Assembly (NCBI GenBank): GCA_963784735.1
Contig: CAWASK010000013.1
Span: 6,584 to 70,583 of the forward strand
Length of the DNA: 64,000 nt
DNA from: an uncultured delta proteobacterium
GTDB taxonomy: Bacteria > Desulfobacterota > Syntrophia > Syntrophales > UBA4778
Direction of reading: 5' to 3'
The position numbers and the translations under genes were made by a program. The first letter of the stretch is position 1. The number at the start of each line of letters is the position of its first letter. Shown piece by piece: positions 61,023-64,000 of this stretch. The notes beneath the pieces are model-generated. The model had not been told where the DNA came from. It worked only from the letters and a program-made list of their open reading frames with translations, and did no database searches.

Positions 61023-61764
61023 ATGAAAAAGGTCTTTTCCAGGCCGAAATCATTGAAGGAAGCCGTCTTTCACTATTGCCCCGGGTGCGGCCACAGCATC
61101 GTCCACAGGCTTGTCGCCGAGATCATCGACGAGCTTGGCATCAGGGGGACTACGATAGGAGTGCCGCCCGCGGGCTGCGCGGTGCTGGCTTACAATTACT
61201 TCGATATTGACATGCTCGAAGCCCCTCACGGCCGCGGCTGCGCCGTTGCGACAGGGGTAAAGAGAGTTTTGCCGGACAGGATTGTCTTCTCTTACCAGGG
61301 GGACGGCGATCTCGCCGCGATCGGAACGGCTGAAACATTACATGCCGCCAACCGGGGCGAGAATATCACGGTAATTTTTATCAATAACGCCGTTTACGGC
61401 ATGACGGGCGGGCAGATGGCCCCGACCACCATACTTGGCCAGAAGACGACCACTTCCGGACCGGGGAGGACCGCGGCGCTCGACGGACACCCGATCAAAA
61501 TGAGTGAAATCCTCGCAAACCTCGGCGGAACAACATACATCGAGAGATGCGCCGTCACTTCGCCTGCCAAGATCATCCAGGCCAAGAGGGCGATTAAAAA
61601 AGGCCTTCCAGTACCAGATAGACGGAAAAGGCTTCAGCATGATCGAGGTACTGTCGAACTGCCCTACCAACTGGAAAATGACCCCGCCCGAGTCCTGCAA
61701 ATGGGTGGAAGAGGTAATGACAAAGGAATTTCCGCTTGGCGTAATCAAGGACCTGCAGGGGTGA
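61023..61764 (+). CDS. 2-oxoacid:ferredoxin oxidoreductase beta subunit (TPP-binding); one apparent frameshift near 61610
   Basis: [54 protein letters not shown] and [13 protein letters not shown]. Confidence 0.85.
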
Positions 61765-61772
61765 AGTCTGAG

Positions 61773-62306
61773 ATGATGGTTAAAACAATATTGGCCGGCT
61801 TTGGCGGACAGGGAGTCCTGATGATGGGCTATTCCCTGGCGAACGCGGCCATGCTCCATGGATACCAGGTCACGTACCTTCCCTCCTACGGGGCAGAGAT
61901 GAGAGGCGGAACAGCCAATTGCACGGTGGCCATCTCTGACGAGGAAATTGCCTCGCCGGTGGCTTCGGCGCCGGATTATCTCGTGACCCTCAATGCGCCC
62001 TCGCTCTTCACTTTTCAGAACAAGTTGGTCCCGGGCGGCGGGATTTTTATAAATTCATCGATTGTGGACGCGCATCCTTCAAGAAAAGATGTGGAGTGTT
62101 TCATGATCCCCGCCGGTGAGATAGCGGAAAAGCTCGGCGAGCCCCGGGCTGTAAATGTCATCATGCTGGGGGCGTATCTCAAAAAGACGGGATTGATCCC
62201 GGCGGACGCTTACCTCAAGAGCCTGAAACAGATAATGGGTGAGAAGCGGAAATCCGTGATGGAAATAAACAAAAAGGCATTCATGGCAGGGCACGACCTG
62301 TTATAG
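61773..62306 (+). CDS. 2-oxoacid:ferredoxin oxidoreductase gamma subunit
   Basis: [53 protein letters not shown]. Confidence 0.85.
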   Translation: MMVKTILAGFGGQGVLMMGYSLANAAMLHGYQVTYLPSYGAEMRGGTANCTVAISDEEIASPVASAPDYLVTLNAPSLFTFQNKLVPGGGIFINSSIVDAHPSRKDVECFMIPAGEIAEKLGEPRAVNVIMLGAYLKKTGLIPADAYLKSLKQIMGEKRKSVMEINKKAFMAGHDLL

Positions 62307-62317
62307 ACGGGAGCACT

Positions 62318-62746
62318 ATGGCGGTTCAGCAGGTATCGGTAATTTTGGACAACAGGCCCGGGCAACTGGCAAAGCTGGTGGCGCTCCTTAACAAGGAGGA
62401 TATCACTCCGAAGGCTATAGCCGCGGCAAGCGTTGCCGAGGACAGCACCGTGCGCCTGATCGTCAATGACCCGCAAAAGGCCGCAACCGTCCTGGAGAGT
62501 TTCAATTTCAGGTTCCAGCTCGACCCGGTCCTCGTTGTCGAGGTACCCTGCCACCCGGGCGGCATGAACGCAATCGTGAAGCCTCTGAGCGAAGCCGAAA
62601 TCAACATCCATTACATTTACACTACGATCGAGCGGCTCGGGAAAGAGACGATCCTGATCATCGGCGTAGACGATATTGACATGGCCGAAGCGATCCTGAG
62701 GCGTCACTGGGTCAATTTCGTGGGGGACAAGGTCTACTCACTCTAG
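62318..62746 (+). CDS. ACT domain-containing protein
   Basis: 142 aa, two ACT-like halves: VSVILDNRPGQLAKLVALLNKEDI and VVEVPCHPGGMNAIVKPLSEAEINI. Confidence 0.7.
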   Translation: MAVQQVSVILDNRPGQLAKLVALLNKEDITPKAIAAASVAEDSTVRLIVNDPQKAATVLESFNFRFQLDPVLVVEVPCHPGGMNAIVKPLSEAEINIHYIYTTIERLGKETILIIGVDDIDMAEAILRRHWVNFVGDKVYSL

Positions 62747-62840
62747 GCCGGGAGTGTTTTCGAGTGCCCCTCCATTCTTTTCCTCCCATTCCGGATAAAA
62801 TTGTGCTCAATATATTAACACGCTGACTGCCGGTGGATTT

Positions 62841-63248
62841 ATGCCTGTTTCATCCGACAAGGAAAAGGGGCTTCTCGAGAGAATGGAGAAGCTCGGGATC
62901 AGGAAGGAGGACATCCAGGAGAGCTTTGTGCGGTCTTCCGGTCCCGGGGGACAGCATGTCAACAAGACCTCGACCTGCGTTTACGTCATCCATGTCCCCA
63001 CCGGGCTTTCCGTCAAGTGCGGCCGCACCAGGTCGCAGGCGTTAAACCGGTTTTACGCAAGGAGGCTGCTGCTCGATAAAATCGAAAAAGCGATGACCGG
63101 CGTCGTTGAAGAGGAGCTCAGCCGCATCGAGAAACTGAAACGCCAGAAGCGCAAGAGGTCAAAAAGGGCCAAGGAGAAAATGCTTCAGGCAAAGCACAGG
63201 CAATCCGAAAAGAAATCCCTCCGGTCAAAAGTTCCCTCACCCGAATAA
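62841..63248 (+). CDS. GGQ-domain peptide chain release factor-like protein (ArfB/YaeJ-like peptidyl-tRNA hydrolase)
   Basis: 135 aa with SSGPGGQHVNKTSTCV and a highly basic C-terminal tail KRQKRKRSKRAKEKMLQAKHRQSEKK. Confidence 0.7.
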   Translation: MPVSSDKEKGLLERMEKLGIRKEDIQESFVRSSGPGGQHVNKTSTCVYVIHVPTGLSVKCGRTRSQALNRFYARRLLLDKIEKAMTGVVEEELSRIEKLKRQKRKRSKRAKEKMLQAKHRQSEKKSLRSKVPSPE

Positions 63249-63269
63249 GAATAAGAATGAATTTAAAAG

Positions 63270-63316
63270 AAGAGGGGCGGGAAAGTCTCTGTTTAGTGTG
63301 CCTTCCCGCCCCTCTT
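63270..63316. terminator. bidirectional stem-loop terminator
   Basis: AAGAGGGGCGGGAA ... TTCCCGCCCCTCTT, a 14-bp stem, between convergent genes. Confidence 0.55.
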
Positions 63317-63332
63317 GATGATAGCTGAGAAA

Positions 63333-63698
63333 TTAATAACCCATGACCTTGAACAGTGGGTTAGCGTAAAGAATGATCAGTGAGATAACCAGCGCGTAAA
63401 TGGCGATGGATTCTGTCATGGCCATACCGACCATCATGGTTAACATGATCTTACCCTGGGCTTCCGGGTTGCGGCCGACTGCATTGGAGCTCCCGCTCGT
63501 GGCCTGTCCCATTCCCAATCCGGTTCCGCATGCTCCGATTCCGAGGACCAGTCCTGCTGCCAGCACGCTGCTGCCGACGACTATTGCCTTGGAATAATCA
63601 GTTCCGCCCGTTGCTGCCTGCTCGGCGGCCATTGCTAACGGGGCAAGTACGAGTACTAAAAGGATTCCCAGGATAACTGTAGTAAATCTTTTCATCAT
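63333..63698 (-). CDS. atpE: F-type ATP synthase subunit c with N-terminal signal-like extension
   Basis: MMKRFTTVILGILLVLVLAPLAMAAEQ, then GIGACGTGLGMGQ..VGRNPEA..MTESIAIYALVISLIILYANP (hairpin with RxPE loop and carboxylate Glu). RBS AGGAG. Confidence 0.85.
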   Translation of the reverse strand: MMKRFTTVILGILLVLVLAPLAMAAEQAATGGTDYSKAIVVGSSVLAAGLVLGIGACGTGLGMGQATSGSSNAVGRNPEAQGKIMLTMMVGMAMTESIAIYALVISLIILYANPLFKVMGY

Positions 63699-63881
63699 TA
63701 CTCCTTTCTCAAATTTTCTGTTAAAGAACTTTAACTCCGGACCGCTTAAATGTTTAATGAGCTTAGAGCCGGTAACCACCCCCCCTCTTAAATCATTAAT
63801 CGCGGAATATCTACATTTCTGAAAAAAAATTGTCAAGTCTAATTTGGATATGTTAGAAATTCATCTGACACGGAATTGGAG

Positions 63882-64000
63882 ATGATGAACACACGCAAAC
63901 AAGCTGCAAAGCCCGGCATATCGGAACGGGAATTGAAAGTCGCCGGGAGGGTCCAGGGGGATTTACCCACCGTTTCCCGTCCCTTCCTGGAAATCGGCAC
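63882..64000 (+). CDS. partial (5-prime end only) Lrp/AsnC-like, possibly siroheme decarboxylase AhbA/NirD-type protein
   Basis: MMNTRKQAAKPGISERELKVAGRVQGDLPTVSRPFLEIG. The DLP..RPF..I pattern resembles AhbA/B N-termini. Truncated by the window edge. Confidence 0.3.
   Translation, partial: MMNTRKQAAKPGISERELKVAGRVQGDLPTVSRPFLEIG

Overview
This 64-kb chromosomal window looks like an anaerobic Desulfobacterota (deltaproteobacterium-like, possibly Syntrophia-type) genome. That placement is an inference from gene content and synteny, not a database hit.

Most of the window is housekeeping:
- Two translation clusters, both on the minus strand: pgsA, tRNA-Val, thrS, infC, rpmI, rplT, pheS, pheT, ihfA, merR; and ffh, rpsP, KH, rimM, trmD, SPOUT, rplS, rnhB, yraN, rsmI.
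- Other core genes: argS, pilD, ribD, thrC, plsB, PTS EI/HPr, a four-subunit 2-oxoacid:ferredoxin oxidoreductase, mscS and atpE.

The more accessory parts are:
1. An ArsR-linked arsenite/thiol-redox island at 84..7441. It carries ACR3, an ArsP-like permease, CcdA, TauE, a DGC-domain protein and four thioredoxin-fold genes. One of these appears to carry an in-frame UGA (Sec) in a W-U-P-H-C redox motif.
2. A LysR-flanked selenium operon at 18179..22065, in the order yedE, DUF3343-fusion, NAD(P)HX-dehydratase-like kinase-fold gene, tusA-like, selD. SelD itself has an in-frame UGA.
3. A ZraPSR-like envelope/metal stress module with two divergent CpxP/Spy-type genes, a sigma54 promoter and a perfect palindrome, followed by an HD-GYP gene.
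4. An isolated, divergent RelA/SpoT-fold nucleotidyltransferase gene at 13626..14886.

I found no rRNA, CRISPR array, transposase, integrase or phage genes.

A major caveat applies. More than 40 genes, including essential aminoacyl-tRNA synthetases, ffh and infC, can only be reconstructed across 1-nt frame changes. Where I could pinpoint the change it is often in a homopolymer. I read these as assembly indel errors, not biology. Coordinates of frameshifted genes are therefore merged spans, and several starts and stops are approximate.

I do not see convincing evidence for a wholly new multi-gene system. The best candidates for follow-up are the uncharacterised genes inside the selenium operon, the Sec-containing thioredoxin-fold protein and the RSH-like gene.
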